Source of the DNA: a bacterium
GTDB lineage: Bacteria; Patescibacteriota; Minisyncoccia; Phycocordibacterales; JAUSHB01
DNA: 64,000 bases
Direction: 5' to 3'
Assembly (NCBI GenBank): GCA_030648955.1
Contig: JAUSHB010000013.1
Coordinates: forward strand, 12,675-76,674
A model generated the notes under the pieces. It saw only the letters and a program-made list of their open reading frames with translations. It was not told the DNA's origin and did not search any database. Both the position numbers and the translations under genes were made by a program. Positions 17,720-27,376 of this stretch are shown here, in pieces; positions within the stretch are counted from its first letter, which is position 1; the number at the start of each line of letters is the position of its first letter.

Positions 17720-18385
17720 ATGTTCCAGCGCAGATACATTGTTGGCGTTGTTGTCATTGTCGCCATTGCGACGCTCTTTTTTCTTTCACCCACACTACAA
17801 GAAACATTTTTTAATATAACGCTGTCATTACAGAAGTACGCGATAAGTAATGGTGTTATGGCTGGTACAATCTTTGTGGCTCTTTCCGCTCTTTCCGCAT
17901 TGCTTTCACCCTTTAGTAGTGTGCCATTTATCCCAATTGCCATCACTATCTGGGGACAACTAATGACCATTACACTACTTCTTCTTGGATGGGTGTTAGG
18001 TGGTATTTGCACATATGCTATCGGACGTTATGCTGCACGTCCTATTCTCGAACGATTCGTGAAGCCAGAAACGGCTCACCGATATGCTGATTGGATAAAA
18101 GAACATGCGACATTTACGAAAGTTCTTTTGTTCCGCCTCGCACTTCCTGCGGAAATACTTGGATATGCCCTTGGAATTGTTCGATATCATTTCGGCAAGT
18201 ATATAGTGGCAACGTTTATAGCAGAACTTTTATTTGCATATGGCGCAACACAAGCATCAACAGCACTCGTGGATCTCAATCCAGCAGCATTTTTTGGGTG
18301 GACAGCAATTACCCTTGGAACTCTTTATGCGATATACCACCTATTCATCTCCGCAAAAAGAAAAATACACACCCATAGCCACTGA
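17720..18385 (+). CDS. Integral membrane protein (TVP38/TMEM64/DedA-like)
   Basis: It has about 5-6 TM helices, and the RYAARPILERF...ALPAEILGYALG segment resembles a VTT domain. Confidence 0.5.
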   Translation: MFQRRYIVGVVVIVAIATLFFLSPTLQETFFNITLSLQKYAISNGVMAGTIFVALSALSALLSPFSSVPFIPIAITIWGQLMTITLLLLGWVLGGICTYAIGRYAARPILERFVKPETAHRYADWIKEHATFTKVLLFRLALPAEILGYALGIVRYHFGKYIVATFIAELLFAYGATQASTALVDLNPAAFFGWTAITLGTLYAIYHLFISAKRKIHTHSH

Positions 18386-18635
18386 GTTTCTCTTCTATCA
18401 GAAAACGTAACCGCATTGTCGATTTATAAAAATCTTATCGTTTATATTCTTGTTTTTCTTTTTTTAGAAACTCTTTTATTTGTTCGTATAAAAAATATCC
18501 CTGCGGTTTTTCCACTTAAACTTGCGGTTTCTCCTATTGCCATGAGCCTTGTGCTTATGGTCTTCGCGGTATCGTATGGTTTTTGATTTTTTCAATTACA
18601 TACCGTTTTTCATTCAGACCCCCCATTTCTTCTTA

Positions 18636-18662
18636 ACAAAAAAACCGCATAAGCGGTTTTTT
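18636..18662. terminator. Bidirectional rho-independent terminator
   Basis: AAAAAACCGCATAAGCGGTTTTTTT is a GC stem flanked by A and T runs, sitting between convergent genes. Confidence 0.7.
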
Positions 18663-18680
18663 TGTTAAGAAGAATATCTT

Positions 18681-18860
18681 TTATTCCTCCTCTTCTTGTT
18701 CTTCCTCAATTTCTTCGATCTCAGAGAGACCATTGTGTTCCCCATCGGTGCAATCACAAAATTCAAGTGGCTTTCCTTCTTTTGAACATCCTTCGGTTTT
18801 GCAAACACCTGGCGTATCTGATATTCCTCCGCATCCTCCCGTACAAATATAATGTGGCAT
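18681..18860 (-). CDS. Small Cys-rich acidic protein (59 aa), putative metal-binding
   Basis: Own translation: MPHYICTGGCGGISDTPGVCKTEGCSKEGKPLEFCDCTDGEHNGLSEIEEIEEEQEEEE. It has 8 Cys in paired motifs and is below the 60-aa track cut-off. Confidence 0.55.
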   Translation of the reverse strand: MPHYICTGGCGGISDTPGVCKTEGCSKEGKPLEFCDCTDGEHNGLSEIEEIEEEQEEEE

Positions 18861-18915
18861 GTGAAATAGTTTATTAGTTTATAAGTTAATTAGTTTGAAG
18901 TATTCGACACGATGC

Positions 18916-19254
18916 TTACGTTTCTAACGATTTTTCTATTTTCCTCGCGACAATAAAGTCATTCCCCGAAAGTCCCCCGATTGCGTGCGTGGAAAGTTCG
19001 ATCTCCACCTTATTATAGTATATATGGATGTCGGGGTGGTGGTCTTCATTATTTGCAACTTCCGCGACCTTGCTCACAAACACCATCGCCTCTTTGAAAT
19101 CTTTGAATTTAAATTGCCGGGAGATTTTTTTATTGCCTTCCACGTTCCATAGAGTTTTAAGAAGTTTCGTGTAGCTCGCAACTTCTTCAAGCTTAAGGGG
19201 TAATGTTCCCCCCTCACACGGCACGCACTTTTTTTGAGATAGGTCTTCGTTCAT
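18916..19254 (-). CDS. phhB: Pterin-4a-carbinolamine dehydratase
   Basis: The sequence EVANNEDHHPDIHIYYNKVEIELSTH is the PCD/DCoH signature. Confidence 0.8.
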   Translation of the reverse strand: MNEDLSQKKCVPCEGGTLPLKLEEVASYTKLLKTLWNVEGNKKISRQFKFKDFKEAMVFVSKVAEVANNEDHHPDIHIYYNKVEIELSTHAIGGLSGNDFIVARKIEKSLET

Positions 19255-19378
19255 AAGGTATAGATTAAACTGTATGCAATATATTGTCCACCAAGATAGG
19301 GGGATATTGTTTGATTAAAATGATTCTGCTTGATAGAATTCAGACATCATATAAACTACCTCAACAATAGCACTTTTT

Positions 19379-19840
19379 ATGAATGAAGAAAAAATAACTT
19401 GGAGCGCGCTCGAATATCCGATTAGAGAAAAAACCACTGACTGGTATTGGGCCTTGGGAATTATGGCTATGGCAGGTGCTGTGGCTTCATATATTCTTGC
19501 GAATATTCTTTTCTCAATACTTATAATTCTTGGCGCATTTACAGTTGCGGTCTATGGTGCCCGCCATCCGCATGAGGTGCTCTTTGAAATTGATCGCCGT
19601 GGGGTTCGTTCCGGTGCGACACTCTACCCCCACTCTTCACTCACTTCGTTTTGGGTCATTGAGAGGAGAGAGGAATCAAAAATACTTCTTCAATCGAGTA
19701 AGGTTTTTATGCCATACATCGTCATCCCGCTCGGCGGAGAAAATCCGGAGATGGTCCGTGATGTCCTCCTCAATTATCTTAAAGAAGAAGAACATGTGGA
19801 GCCACTCGCGCAACGCATCATGGATTATTTGAGGTTTTAA
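19379..19840 (+). CDS. Hypothetical membrane protein (153 aa)
   Basis: It has two predicted TM helices near the N-terminus. Confidence 0.4.
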   Translation: MNEEKITWSALEYPIREKTTDWYWALGIMAMAGAVASYILANILFSILIILGAFTVAVYGARHPHEVLFEIDRRGVRSGATLYPHSSLTSFWVIERREESKILLQSSKVFMPYIVIPLGGENPEMVRDVLLNYLKEEEHVEPLAQRIMDYLRF

Positions 19841-19888
19841 TATCCTGTGATACGGTTTTTGTCTTTCTTGTTTATATTTTAATTATTC

Positions 19889-19960
19889 CTCCTTGTCGTT
19901 CAATGGATAGGATGCCTCCCTCCGAAGGAGGCGATGCAGGTTCGATTCCTGCCGAGGAGA
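19889..19960 (+). tRNA. tRNA-Arg (anticodon CCG)
   Basis: It has acceptor CTCCTTG/CGAGGAG (one G·U pair), anticodon stem CCTCC/GGAGG around loop CTCCGAA, and T-arm GCAGGTTCGATTCCTGC. Confidence 0.7.
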
Positions 19961-20344
19961 TTTTGAATAAAATGAAAAATCTCCGAGAGGAGTCAACTGC
20001 TTGACTCCGTGCAGGAATCGAACGGCGGAGTATGTTGCGAAGCAACAGCGAGCCGCGTCCAGCAGTACTTAGTGAACGAGAAGCTTTGCTTTGAGTGAGC
20101 TTAGTAACTGCGGGACATTCCTGCCGAGGGGACTATGTAGCGAAGCGGAATATTCTACTCGGAGAAAGTAAATTTATTTGCTTTCGGCGGGAATCGAACA
20201 GCGGAGCGATATTTTGTCAGCAGACAAAATCGCGAGCTGGTGCCCAGCCCGAGCCGAATGGCGGCGAGGTGAGAGGCGCGGGAGATTCCTACCTCTTTGT
20301 TGCCAGTAATCGAAATTACATAGGTCGAACCTATGTAATTTCGA
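19961..20344. repeat. tRNA-3'-flanking GC-rich repeat region (family B)
   Basis: It contains inverted T-arm copies (GCAGGAATCGAACGGCGGAG and GGCGGGAATCGAACAGCGGAG). A 65-bp block at 20060-20125 is the reverse complement of 6752-6815. It ends with a 20-bp perfect palindrome, AATCGAAATTACATAGGTCGAACCTATGTAATTTCGATT. Confidence 0.7.
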
Positions 20345-21127
20345 TTACTGTTTGAGTCCCAGCCCCTTGCGGATTAAATACCAATTGATCGCCATAAGAA
20401 TTACTGCCATCGCAAAAAGAATTCCCGTAGACATGTAGAGCGAAACGTCACTGATACCCAAAAATCCATAGCGAAATCCGTTTACCAGATAAAAAAGTGG
20501 GTTACTGTAGGTGATCGTTTGCCACCACTCCGGAAGCGCGTGAACGGAATAGAAGACGCCCCCGAGATACACAAGCGGGGTAAGTACAAATGTGGGAACG
20601 ATGTTTATTCCGTCTATGGATTTTGCGTAGACACCGTTTACCAGTCCTGCAAGGGAAAAGATGAGTGCGGTCAAAAGTCCGTATCCCAGCATAATGAGAA
20701 TATTATGGGTCGCCAGGTGAAGCCCCGTAAAGAAAAGAGACACCATAAGAACGAGGATGCCGACAATGGTTCCCCGTACCACCCCGCCCCCGATAAACCC
20801 GGCAATAAGAAGCCATGGCGGCGTAGGCGAAACGAGTATTTCGTCGATAGAGCGTCCGAAAAACTTTGAAGTAAAGAATACGAAGGATGTGTTGGAGTAA
20901 GAGCTAGTCACAATGGAAAGCATAACAAGCCCCGGCACAACAAATGTCATGTAGGAAATGCCCTGCATGTCTCCAATCCGCGAGCCGAGCACCGTACCGA
21001 AGATAAGGAAGTAGAGAACGGCTGTTATGACGGAGGGAAGAAATGTTTGTATCCAAACACGAAACATCCGCACAACATCCTTCCGGATTATGGTGTAAAA
21101 CGATATCCAGAGTCCAAATGAGTTCAT
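20345..21127 (-). CDS. ABC-2 type transporter permease
   Basis: It has 6 TM helices and the ABC-2 family pattern, and lies immediately downstream of the ATPase. Confidence 0.75.
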   Translation of the reverse strand: MNSFGLWISFYTIIRKDVVRMFRVWIQTFLPSVITAVLYFLIFGTVLGSRIGDMQGISYMTFVVPGLVMLSIVTSSYSNTSFVFFTSKFFGRSIDEILVSPTPPWLLIAGFIGGGVVRGTIVGILVLMVSLFFTGLHLATHNILIMLGYGLLTALIFSLAGLVNGVYAKSIDGINIVPTFVLTPLVYLGGVFYSVHALPEWWQTITYSNPLFYLVNGFRYGFLGISDVSLYMSTGILFAMAVILMAINWYLIRKGLGLKQ

Positions 21128-21128
21128 A

Positions 21129-22049
21129 CTATTGGTTGATTAGTTTAACGAATACTTCCTCAAGTTTTCCTGTTTTATTGCGAATGGTCTGCACGGGGAG
21201 ATTGTGGTTATTGAGTATGAGAATCGCATCATTGAGCCCTCTTCCCTCTCCTATTTCAATTTCAATGGATGTATCATCTATTTTTTTACAATTATATGCG
21301 CGCAGAGCTTGGAGCGCACTTTCGGTTACGGGTTTTGTGAGATCAATGGTAATCGTTTCACTTTTGAGTTTCCCTAAAATATCTTTCATGGTGCCAGAGG
21401 TGATAATTTGTCCTTTATTAATGATGGCGACGTGCTTGCAGAGCTGTTCTGCTTCTTCGAGATAGTGTGTGGTGAGAAGAATGGTGAGCCCTTTTTTAGT
21501 GAGAGAGCGGAGATAGTCCCACATTCCCCGGCGAAGTTCAACATCAACTCCCGCCGTCGGCTCATCAAGAATAAGAAATCGCGGTTCATGCACCAAAGCG
21601 CGCGCGATCATAAGACGGCGTTTCATCCCGCCCGAGAGAGTCATCGATTTTTCCATCATCTTGTCGCCAAGCCCCAGGTCTTCCAGAAGTTTTTTGGTGC
21701 GCGGGATCGCAATGGAACGCGGAATGCCGTAGTAGCCGGCTTGGTTGACAACAATGTCAAACGGTTTTTCAAATATATTGAAATTGAGTTCCTGTCCGAC
21801 AAGACCGATGTATGTTTTTGCTTTTTCTGTTTCTTTGTCTATATCGTGCCCAAACACGGAAACTTCTCCATCGGTTTTATTGACAAGACCGGCGACAATG
21901 CCAATGATAGTCGTTTTACCCGCGCCGTTCGGTCCAAGGAGCGCGAAAAAGTCGCCTGTCGGCACTGTAAGCGAAACACCCTTGAGGGCCTCCGTCCCCG
22001 TGGCATACTTTTTCTTGAGATTTTTAATAACGAGCGCTGGTTTGTCCAT
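21129..22049 (-). CDS. ABC transporter ATP-binding protein
   Basis: It has Walker A GPNGAGKTT, the signature LSGGMKRRL and Walker B LILDEPT. Confidence 0.85.
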   Translation of the reverse strand: MDKPALVIKNLKKKYATGTEALKGVSLTVPTGDFFALLGPNGAGKTTIIGIVAGLVNKTDGEVSVFGHDIDKETEKAKTYIGLVGQELNFNIFEKPFDIVVNQAGYYGIPRSIAIPRTKKLLEDLGLGDKMMEKSMTLSGGMKRRLMIARALVHEPRFLILDEPTAGVDVELRRGMWDYLRSLTKKGLTILLTTHYLEEAEQLCKHVAIINKGQIITSGTMKDILGKLKSETITIDLTKPVTESALQALRAYNCKKIDDTSIEIEIGEGRGLNDAILILNNHNLPVQTIRNKTGKLEEVFVKLINQ

Positions 22050-22080
22050 AGAGAGGAAATTATATCAGGAATTCTTTTTT

Positions 22081-24582
22081 TCAATAATCATAAAAATGAT
22101 CGATGGCAGCATCGCGCTCCCTTAATGCTCTGTAGACCTCGGGTATGTTCTCAACAGCAACTTCTGTGGTGATACGATCGGTGTATGTCATCTGACTGTT
22201 TATTATTTCATTGATTTCCACATCTCTCATAAGTTCTTTTGCGCCAGACGCAACCGGTGCACCCATGTCGTCCTGATAGGTAAGAGTGATCTTTTTATTT
22301 CCCGAAATATCGACAATGCGGAAATTCTTATTTCTTAACTCGCTTTCTAGCTCATTAAGAAGAAGTTTTGTGAACGGCTGATAATGCGGGGCGCTCACGA
22401 GCTCATAAGTCTTCCCGCCGTCTCTCGTAACTACTGCGTATACAACATCATCCTGAATGCCAAACTTTGTGTGTGTTGCAAACGCAATTACTTTTGAATA
22501 GAGGGTTTTAATCCCGAATTCAAGAGAAAGAAATAATTTTCTTTCAAGACGTCTGATATCTTGTAACCATGTGTAATTTTGTTTATTGTCGAGCGTCCAT
22601 ACACCCTTAAGAGATGAGAAATACGGGAAGTCATACCACGGATAATCATAAATAAAAACTGCGTAATCTTTTGCGACTTTTGCCGCATAAAGATCTTCGG
22701 CAACTTGCGTATTGCCTGCGATCCATTCAAAAAATCTGCCGATACTGTTTTCATAAAGACCTTTAATTATATTTTCAATGCTAAAGCTCCACCCAATGAC
22801 ATTTAACACGGTTTTATAATCATCGTTATTGTGGGTACTCGTTGCAGTCATTTCTACCACCCTACGATGTTGATTCCAATAATCCCCTATTGCTCCAAAG
22901 TAGCTGAATTTTGACGGAAGTGAGTCACGAAGAACTGTCGCATATTCATCCGCGCTATAAACAATATACCATTCCGGAATCGACAGATATGCATTGTCGA
23001 ACGGTCGATAATATTCTTTCGTGGTGCTTGCAACAGTAAGTTCTGTTTGTATTTTTTTGTAGTAGTCGAGCTTTTCTTGACTATAATATTTATCCCAAAG
23101 TTTATTGGTAAATTTATCGGTTGGGTCATATTTATTTTTTATCTCAAAATATTCGATAGCTCCGGGGTATGCACGGTGAAACTGATCATCTGTTGCCTGT
23201 AGTTGATAGGGCAAATAATATGTCCCGCCTACTGAGAGTACTTGGTCAATCATTTCTCTTGTCCACATTGTTACTTCTTTTTTTGCCGCATCATCAGTCC
23301 CTTGTTTGTAATACACTACAAACGCGAAACTTTCTTTTTTTGCCCAGGCAAGTTTTGCCCCAGAGTCCGCAAGTGCGTGCCTGATTGAGACATTAATTAC
23401 GTTTACATGATTATCATTGAACACTTTTTTCATCTTTAGTACCCACTCGTCAAAACGCTCAACAGGAACAAAATATTCCTGAAGAACATAGGTGGTTTGA
23501 TTTCGCATCTCCGGCTCAAGCTCGGCATAATCATAACTTGCTTCATAGTTGCGTGTATGAACCGGCGGGGTGGCACTATAGAGAACGGGGTCAATTATGT
23601 ACTCTCTGATCCATCTCCCTGCTGGCCACTCACTCATCACAATCCACGCAATTCGTTCTTTCCAGTAATCCTGCGCACGCGGAATGAGCCTGCTTTCTGT
23701 TGTGGGAGCTTTATCTGTTTTAGCCCAACTCACCCCAGAAACACTGTCGAAATCGGGTGGATAAAGGTCACCGTTATGAAAAATCACACTTGGGTCTGAG
23801 CGAACATATGCTTTAAAATAATCCCAGTACTGTGAGGTTGGCATTTTCACCTGCGCACGCTCAACATTCACATTATCGGCGAGTGCAAGGGTTACATCGG
23901 TAATAACACCGATACCGCCCATTCCGCCGATAGCGCTATAAAATATTTCAGTATGTTTTTCGGGTGATGCCTCAATAATACTTCCGTCAGCAAGCACGAT
24001 TATAAATTTCTTAACACTTAAAATAATCGGCCCGAGCCCAATATATCTGCCGTGCACATTCACCGAGAGCGAACCCCCAACGGTAAAGTTCGAGTAAGTT
24101 TGCATGATCTTTACCGAAAGGTTGTACGAATCAATGTAGTCTTGAATATCACGCCAACGAATGCCCGATTGGACAGTGATTTCTTTTGTTGTGGTAGAAA
24201 AATTGAGTATTTTGTTGTACTCGCGCATATCGATTTGCACCGCGCGTTCGCTTGCGGTTTGACCGCCCATGCTATTGCGCCCTCCCCCAATAGATACGTG
24301 GTTATTGTTTTTCACCGCTTGCGCAATTTCTTCCGTGGTGTGTGGCACAATAATGCCAATCACTTTTACTGGATTAATTTCTGTAACATCATTGACGATG
24401 TTTTTCGCCGTATTCATCCTTTCACGCTCGAGCTTATTGGGAATCGGATTTTCGCGGGTTATAAAAACAACATAGGTAAACCCTAAAACAATCAACAAAA
24501 GCAGGACGACTAGTCCTCTAAAAAAATATTTACGCTTAAAGATATTCTTTATGTGCTCCGCTACCCTATACAGTTTCTTCAT
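22081..24582 (-). CDS. Membrane-anchored FAD-linked oxidase domain fused to a ~450-aa C-terminal region of unknown function
   Basis: It has an N-terminal TM helix and a PCMH-type FAD-binding domain (GGGRNSMGGQ...VNVHGRY). Residues ~400-833 match nothing I recognise. Confidence 0.6.
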   Translation of the reverse strand: MKKLYRVAEHIKNIFKRKYFFRGLVVLLLLIVLGFTYVVFITRENPIPNKLERERMNTAKNIVNDVTEINPVKVIGIIVPHTTEEIAQAVKNNNHVSIGGGRNSMGGQTASERAVQIDMREYNKILNFSTTTKEITVQSGIRWRDIQDYIDSYNLSVKIMQTYSNFTVGGSLSVNVHGRYIGLGPIILSVKKFIIVLADGSIIEASPEKHTEIFYSAIGGMGGIGVITDVTLALADNVNVERAQVKMPTSQYWDYFKAYVRSDPSVIFHNGDLYPPDFDSVSGVSWAKTDKAPTTESRLIPRAQDYWKERIAWIVMSEWPAGRWIREYIIDPVLYSATPPVHTRNYEASYDYAELEPEMRNQTTYVLQEYFVPVERFDEWVLKMKKVFNDNHVNVINVSIRHALADSGAKLAWAKKESFAFVVYYKQGTDDAAKKEVTMWTREMIDQVLSVGGTYYLPYQLQATDDQFHRAYPGAIEYFEIKNKYDPTDKFTNKLWDKYYSQEKLDYYKKIQTELTVASTTKEYYRPFDNAYLSIPEWYIVYSADEYATVLRDSLPSKFSYFGAIGDYWNQHRRVVEMTATSTHNNDDYKTVLNVIGWSFSIENIIKGLYENSIGRFFEWIAGNTQVAEDLYAAKVAKDYAVFIYDYPWYDFPYFSSLKGVWTLDNKQNYTWLQDIRRLERKLFLSLEFGIKTLYSKVIAFATHTKFGIQDDVVYAVVTRDGGKTYELVSAPHYQPFTKLLLNELESELRNKNFRIVDISGNKKITLTYQDDMGAPVASGAKELMRDVEINEIINSQMTYTDRITTEVAVENIPEVYRALRERDAAIDHFYDY

Positions 24583-24973
24583 TGAGCTCGATGTGTTTAA
24601 TTGCTTTTATAAGCGCGTAGGTGACGAGAATTGTGATTCCGATATGTGGCCCATTGAGCATTAAGTTTGCTATGACTCCCTGTCCTGTCATAAACCCATT
24701 CACCACATAAAAGAGTGCGTCGAGAGCATAATATCCGCCAATAAGCATGAGATACTTCACTGTCCATCGGTATCCTTTTAGAAGTGCAGTGAAACCAAAG
24801 ATCCCTGATATTCCATGTGTTATATCGTCAACGAGAGAAATTTTGAAAACACCGAACATGAGCCATTCGTTTGGAACACCGGTCATCACCAAGACCCCGG
24901 GGAATCTTTCTATTGACACAATTCCAATAAAAAGCGCAGTTAAAAAAGCTGCAACATATTTGGCGGTTTTCAT
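24566..24973 (-). CDS. Small integral membrane protein
   Basis: It is 135 aa with 4 predicted TM helices and overlaps the upstream gene end by 17 bp. Confidence 0.45.
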   Translation of the reverse strand: MKTAKYVAAFLTALFIGIVSIERFPGVLVMTGVPNEWLMFGVFKISLVDDITHGISGIFGFTALLKGYRWTVKYLMLIGGYYALDALFYVVNGFMTGQGVIANLMLNGPHIGITILVTYALIKAIKHIELNEETV

Positions 24974-24987
24974 AGCTCCATCATATA

Positions 24988-25956
24988 CTATTTTTTCAAC
25001 GCATCAAACAATGCCGCGTCGAAACGTTCATAGTCTTCAATCATGGGGATGTGCCCTACTCCACTCAACGCGATTAGTTTTATGTTTGGTACGGTATCGA
25101 GCAATACTTTTGTGCCTTCTATTGGAGTGATCGTATCTTTGTCTCCCCAAATAAGCCTAACCGGCATTAAAATTTTTTCGTAGCTACTCGAAAGATTGCT
25201 CTGGTAATTAAGCGGGTCATTTACATAATCACGAAACCATTGAGATAGTCTCATTGTGGTGTTTTTTGTATCAAAATATCTCGTATAAACATCCAATAAT
25301 TTTTGATCAACGTGGTCTCGGATGTTCACAAAGGTCTTGAGTCGTGAAATCGCAAAAGAATCATTGTGGACGAGGACCCCTAAAAGAAAGTTTCTTAGGA
25401 AATCTATTTGTACCGGACTCTGTTTGTTGACCACCTTTGGCTCGTTGATATTCAATACTCCATCAATAATAATGAGTTTTTCAACCTTATCTTCGTGACG
25501 CATTGCATACTCGACACTTGGTCCCGCGCCGTATGAATGCGCCACGAGGATAATATGGTTTATTTTTTTATTTTCAACAACTCCCGCGATTCTTTCTGCT
25601 TGTGTATCCCGAAAGTAGTTTTTATCCGAACTGGGGATACTATACCCGAACGGAGGAAGGTCGATTACGAGATAATTAATGTCATTCCTTTTACTGTTTA
25701 TTTCACTTACGACCCTTTCCCATGTTCCACCCCATGCTGATAGTCCGCCAACAAAGACAGCTGTGGTTGACGCGTGATTATCCGTCTCTGTGTAAGCAAT
25801 TTTCTCGCCCCCAACGTCTATAAATTTTGTCGTAGCGGGAGCAGTAGAAATGGGCTCCCTTGATTCAACGATTTTGGTGTTATAAAAAAACAATAAAAAA
25901 ATAGTGATAATTCCTGCGATTACGAACCACAAAAAAGCTCTCAATACTTTTTTCAT
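24988..25956 (-). CDS. Alpha/beta-fold hydrolase with N-terminal membrane anchor
   Basis: It has an HSYGA nucleophile elbow, a GHIPMIED His motif and an N-terminal TM helix. Confidence 0.7.
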   Translation of the reverse strand: MKKVLRAFLWFVIAGIITIFLLFFYNTKIVESREPISTAPATTKFIDVGGEKIAYTETDNHASTTAVFVGGLSAWGGTWERVVSEINSKRNDINYLVIDLPPFGYSIPSSDKNYFRDTQAERIAGVVENKKINHIILVAHSYGAGPSVEYAMRHEDKVEKLIIIDGVLNINEPKVVNKQSPVQIDFLRNFLLGVLVHNDSFAISRLKTFVNIRDHVDQKLLDVYTRYFDTKNTTMRLSQWFRDYVNDPLNYQSNLSSSYEKILMPVRLIWGDKDTITPIEGTKVLLDTVPNIKLIALSGVGHIPMIEDYERFDAALFDALKK

Positions 25957-26093
25957 TATTTAGAATTTTATCATATTGCCCTAAAGTATTCTATTCTATC
26001 CTTAAGATAGAATTTCTGCTAAAATAGCTAGGCTCATTGATAATTCCCGATCAATAGAGTAGTTTATTGTATATTGTGAGGTAAGAAAAAATT

Positions 26094-26165
26094 GCGCCCG
26101 TAGTTCAACGGATAGAATGCAAGCTTGCGGAGCTTGTGATCGAGGTTCGATTCCTCGCGGGCGCA
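26094..26165 (+). tRNA. tRNA-Arg (anticodon GCG as read)
   Basis: It has acceptor GCGCCCG/CGGGCGC, anticodon stem CAAGC/GCTTG around loop TTGCGGA, and T-arm CGAGGTTCGATTCCTCG. Confidence 0.7.
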
Positions 26166-26169
26166 TAAA

Positions 26170-26295
26170 GTGAAGGAAAAGAGAACTGCTTCGCTTTTCC
26201 GAACATTTATGCGAACCGGAGCGATGTTTCGCCAGCAGGCGAAACCGCGAGGTGGGGTCGCGGAAATCTAACTGCGACGGCAGTTAGATTATCTG
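26170..26295. repeat. tRNA-3'-flanking structured GC-rich element
   Basis: CCGGAGCG...GCGAGGTGGGGTCGCGGAAAT is shared with 4692-4735 downstream of tRNA-Val. It also carries the hairpin CTAACTGCGACGGCAGTTAG. Confidence 0.55.
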
Positions 26296-26332
26296 TGACC
26301 ATACAAATTCTGCACTCAAAGAGTTCGACATT

Positions 26333-26362
26333 AACAAAAAATCATACGATATTGTCGTATGA
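26333..26362. terminator. Rho-independent terminator (hairpin with flanking A and T runs)
   Basis: AAAAAATCATACGATATTGTCGTATGATTTTTTG. Confidence 0.6.
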
Positions 26363-26380
26363 TTTTTTGTTCTACTAGTT

Positions 26381-26692
26381 TTATGCCTCCTCTGGAATCC
26401 GCTTGATTAACTCCTCGACACTTAGACCAACCCTGTCTGCAAGAACTAGTGCATTGATTAATTCTTTTACTGCTAATTTTTTCACTTTTTCGGTATCAAG
26501 GCTCTCTCCGTGATCTGCATCTTCACTAATAGATGCCAATTTCCCAGCAAGTTTTACAGAGTGAAGTGTGCAATGTCTAATGTCAAATTTTATCTTTTCA
26601 GTATCTGATAGTTTGGCAAGTTCCGGGTAATTCGCTTCTGTATTTTTGTATTTCTCGGTAATAAATTTTAACGCTTCTTCTAGGGTTTTCAT
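26381..26692 (-). CDS. Small MazG-like/all-alpha nucleotide pyrophosphohydrolase-like protein
   Basis: The product is 103 aa, and the E..E...D pattern in KLAGKLASISEDADHGE...LADRVGLSVEEL is suggestive only. Confidence 0.35.
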   Translation of the reverse strand: MKTLEEALKFITEKYKNTEANYPELAKLSDTEKIKFDIRHCTLHSVKLAGKLASISEDADHGESLDTEKVKKLAVKELINALVLADRVGLSVEELIKRIPEEA

Positions 26693-26700
26693 GGTTTATT

Positions 26701-27042
26701 TTATTCCCCCACCTTCATCCCTTTCTTCACCCATTCGCCAAATCCTCCGATGAGATTGTATGCGGAACCAAAGCCGAGTTCTTTCATTATCTTCACCGCC
26801 TTGCTCGAGCGTCCGCCGCCGGCGCAATGCACAATGTATGTTTTTGAACGATCAAGTTTTTCAAGTTTGTTTTTAAAATCCTGGTCGTAGAAGTTAATGT
26901 TCTCACTTCCCTCGATATATCCGCGTGTTCGTTCTCCTGGCGCACGCACATCGAGCACACACACGCTGTTCTCGCCGATTTTTCTTGCGGCATCTTCAAC
27001 AGTGATTTCATTTCCGACGGCTATATTTTTTGAAAAGACCAT
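26701..27042 (-). CDS. Rhodanese-like domain protein
   Basis: It has the active-site loop IVHCAGGGRS. Confidence 0.75.
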   Translation of the reverse strand: MVFSKNIAVGNEITVEDAARKIGENSVCVLDVRAPGERTRGYIEGSENINFYDQDFKNKLEKLDRSKTYIVHCAGGGRSSKAVKIMKELGFGSAYNLIGGFGEWVKKGMKVGE

Positions 27043-27077
27043 ATTGGACTACTTATATAAATATCCACTAAGTGTAC

Positions 27078-27106
27078 TAAATTAAAAATGCCCCGCAAGG
27101 GGCATT
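27078..27106 (-). terminator. Terminator downstream of rpsT
   Basis: AAAATGCCCCGCAAGGGGCATTTT is a perfect hairpin with A and T flanks. Confidence 0.7.
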
Positions 27107-27109
27107 TTA

Positions 27110-27376
27110 TTACTTCGTTGTTTTTTTGACAAGAGCGGAGAGGCGGGACTTTTTTCGTGAGGCGGTGTTCTTTTTGATAACACCGGTCTTTGCCGCCTTA
27201 TCGAGCGCTTGATATGCGGTTGAGAGGAGGGCTTTTGCCTCCTTTCCATTCCCTTGCGCGGAAAGACGCTTGATCTTCTTGGTAATATCCTTGAGGGTTG
27301 CGCGCCTTGTGTCGTTGTACGCTTTTTTGTGTACAGACGCTCGCAGTGCTTTTTTTGCTCCTTTTAGTATTGGCAT
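27110..27376 (-). CDS. rpsT: 30S ribosomal protein S20
   Basis: The 88-aa product is basic, and ...AKKALRASVHKKAYN...GKEAKALLSTAYQALDKAAKTGVIKKNTASRKKSRL is typical S20. Confidence 0.85.
   Translation of the reverse strand: MPILKGAKKALRASVHKKAYNDTRRATLKDITKKIKRLSAQGNGKEAKALLSTAYQALDKAAKTGVIKKNTASRKKSRLSALVKKTTK

Noticed and set aside
21408-22172. Long plus-strand ORF 21408-22172 (254 aa) and other antisense ORFs inside the ABC ATPase, polA, pilB and dnaA
   Set aside because: They are antisense to genes with strong family signatures and their translations lack any motif.
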